The notes below the pieces were generated by a model that was given only the letters and a program-made list of their open reading frames with translations, had not been told where the DNA came from and made no database searches. Below are positions 40,035-40,799 of a stretch of 40,799 bases of DNA, one piece after another (position 1 is the stretch's first letter; every line of letters begins with the position of its first letter). A program made the translations under genes and the position numbers. Location of the stretch: the IMG/VR virus record IMGVR_UViG_3300020045_002269, positions 1 to 40,799 of that record. The stretch is one strand, 5' to 3'. The DNA is from a virus (lineage: Duplodnaviria > Caudoviricetes).

Positions 40035-40343
40035 TTAATCTATTAATTCATCAAAATTTAACCAATCCTCACTAATACATAATAAAGTTAAATAACCCAG
40101 TAAATCTGCAACATCGTTCTTTCTTAATTCAGAACAATTCTTTACTCGCATCAATTTATCATCTAGTCTTATTTTAATCCCACTGGTAGCATTATCTTTG
40201 CTGAATATACCCAATGGACTCAATGCGCTATTCCCATACCTTAAATTCTTCTGCTGAAGTAAATTATTAAGTGAATCAGTAACGTCTTTAATCATTAAAG
40301 CTGTTGTTTTAGGTATTGGATTATTAATCTCGTCTGGTAACAT
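40035..40343 (-). CDS. DUF1599 / nucleotide-modification-associated domain 1 (MazG-like helical) protein
   Basis: KNLRYGNS...IKIRLDDKLMR...DVADLLGY motif pattern. Confidence 0.7.
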   Translation of the reverse strand: MLPDEINNPIPKTTALMIKDVTDSLNNLLQQKNLRYGNSALSPLGIFSKDNATSGIKIRLDDKLMRVKNCSELRKNDVADLLGYLTLLCISEDWLNFDELID

Positions 40344-40641
40344 CTTTCTTACTATTAATTATTGTGTAAATAAACTCTTTCAACATATCAGTAGTTTCTC
40401 CGAATGCCAATATCATATTATCATTACCTTTATACCTACGATTAATAGCCTCCATAAATAATGTGGTCTGCTTCTTAATAGTATTTATAATCTGCTTAAA
40501 CTCATATTTATGCCCACCAACTTCTTCTAATAATAAAGTTATATCAACTGCTAATCCCTCTTGAATATCTGCTAATGAATTAATAATAACTGTTTTTCTC
40601 TTAATCTCACTAATCTTCTCTAATAATTCTTCGTTTGTCAT
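40324..40641 (-). CDS. hypothetical helical protein
   Basis: 105 aa ORF in the cluster. Confidence 0.65.
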   Translation of the reverse strand: MTNEELLEKISEIKRKTVIINSLADIQEGLAVDITLLLEEVGGHKYEFKQIINTIKKQTTLFMEAINRRYKGNDNMILAFGETTDMLKEFIYTIINSKKDVTRRD

Positions 40642-40643
40642 AA

Positions 40644-40798
40644 TTATTTTCTATAATTTTCATTAATCCTTTAATCTTAGTAACTGGCTTATATAGTTTC
40701 TGCATACTTCCAATATCCATAACAAACCATTTATGTAATAATTCGTAAGTAATTTCCTGGGCGTCGGCTATATCTTCGTTAGTTACTGTTATGTTTTT
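40644..40798 (-). CDS. 3' end of a gene starting beyond the window
   Basis: Open frame ...KNITVTNEDIADAQEITYELLHKWFVMD...IIEK ending TAA 2 nt before the next start. Confidence 0.55.
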
Positions 40799-40799
40799 A

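Noticed and set aside
1-40799. tRNA genes, CRISPR arrays, introns, IS elements
   Set aside because: Intergenic gaps are very short, and no such structure or repeat array was seen by eye.

Overview
Phage DNA in two parts. From about 8.2 kb to the end it is a Crassvirales (crAss-like, Bacteroidota-infecting) late region: a lysis cassette, ring/IHF-like/tail-tubular/muzzle genes, cargo genes, and three giant virion proteins. Two of these carry a split two-barrel virion RNA polymerase (DYDVD), a zincin HEAFH motif and inserted macro-like and ART-like domains. A convergent cluster of small genes follows. The first ~4.9 kb is a minus-strand mirror cassette (tail fibre plus a different lysis module) joined head-to-head through a ~550 bp diverged inverted repeat; it is either a switchable cassette or a chimera. 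The most striking unexplained signal is a set of paired Cys-containing terminal motifs, found only at the two junctions between the three giant proteins, which suggests a head-to-tail docking or disulfide-chaining system. Family calls come from motif recognition only; no database searches were run.
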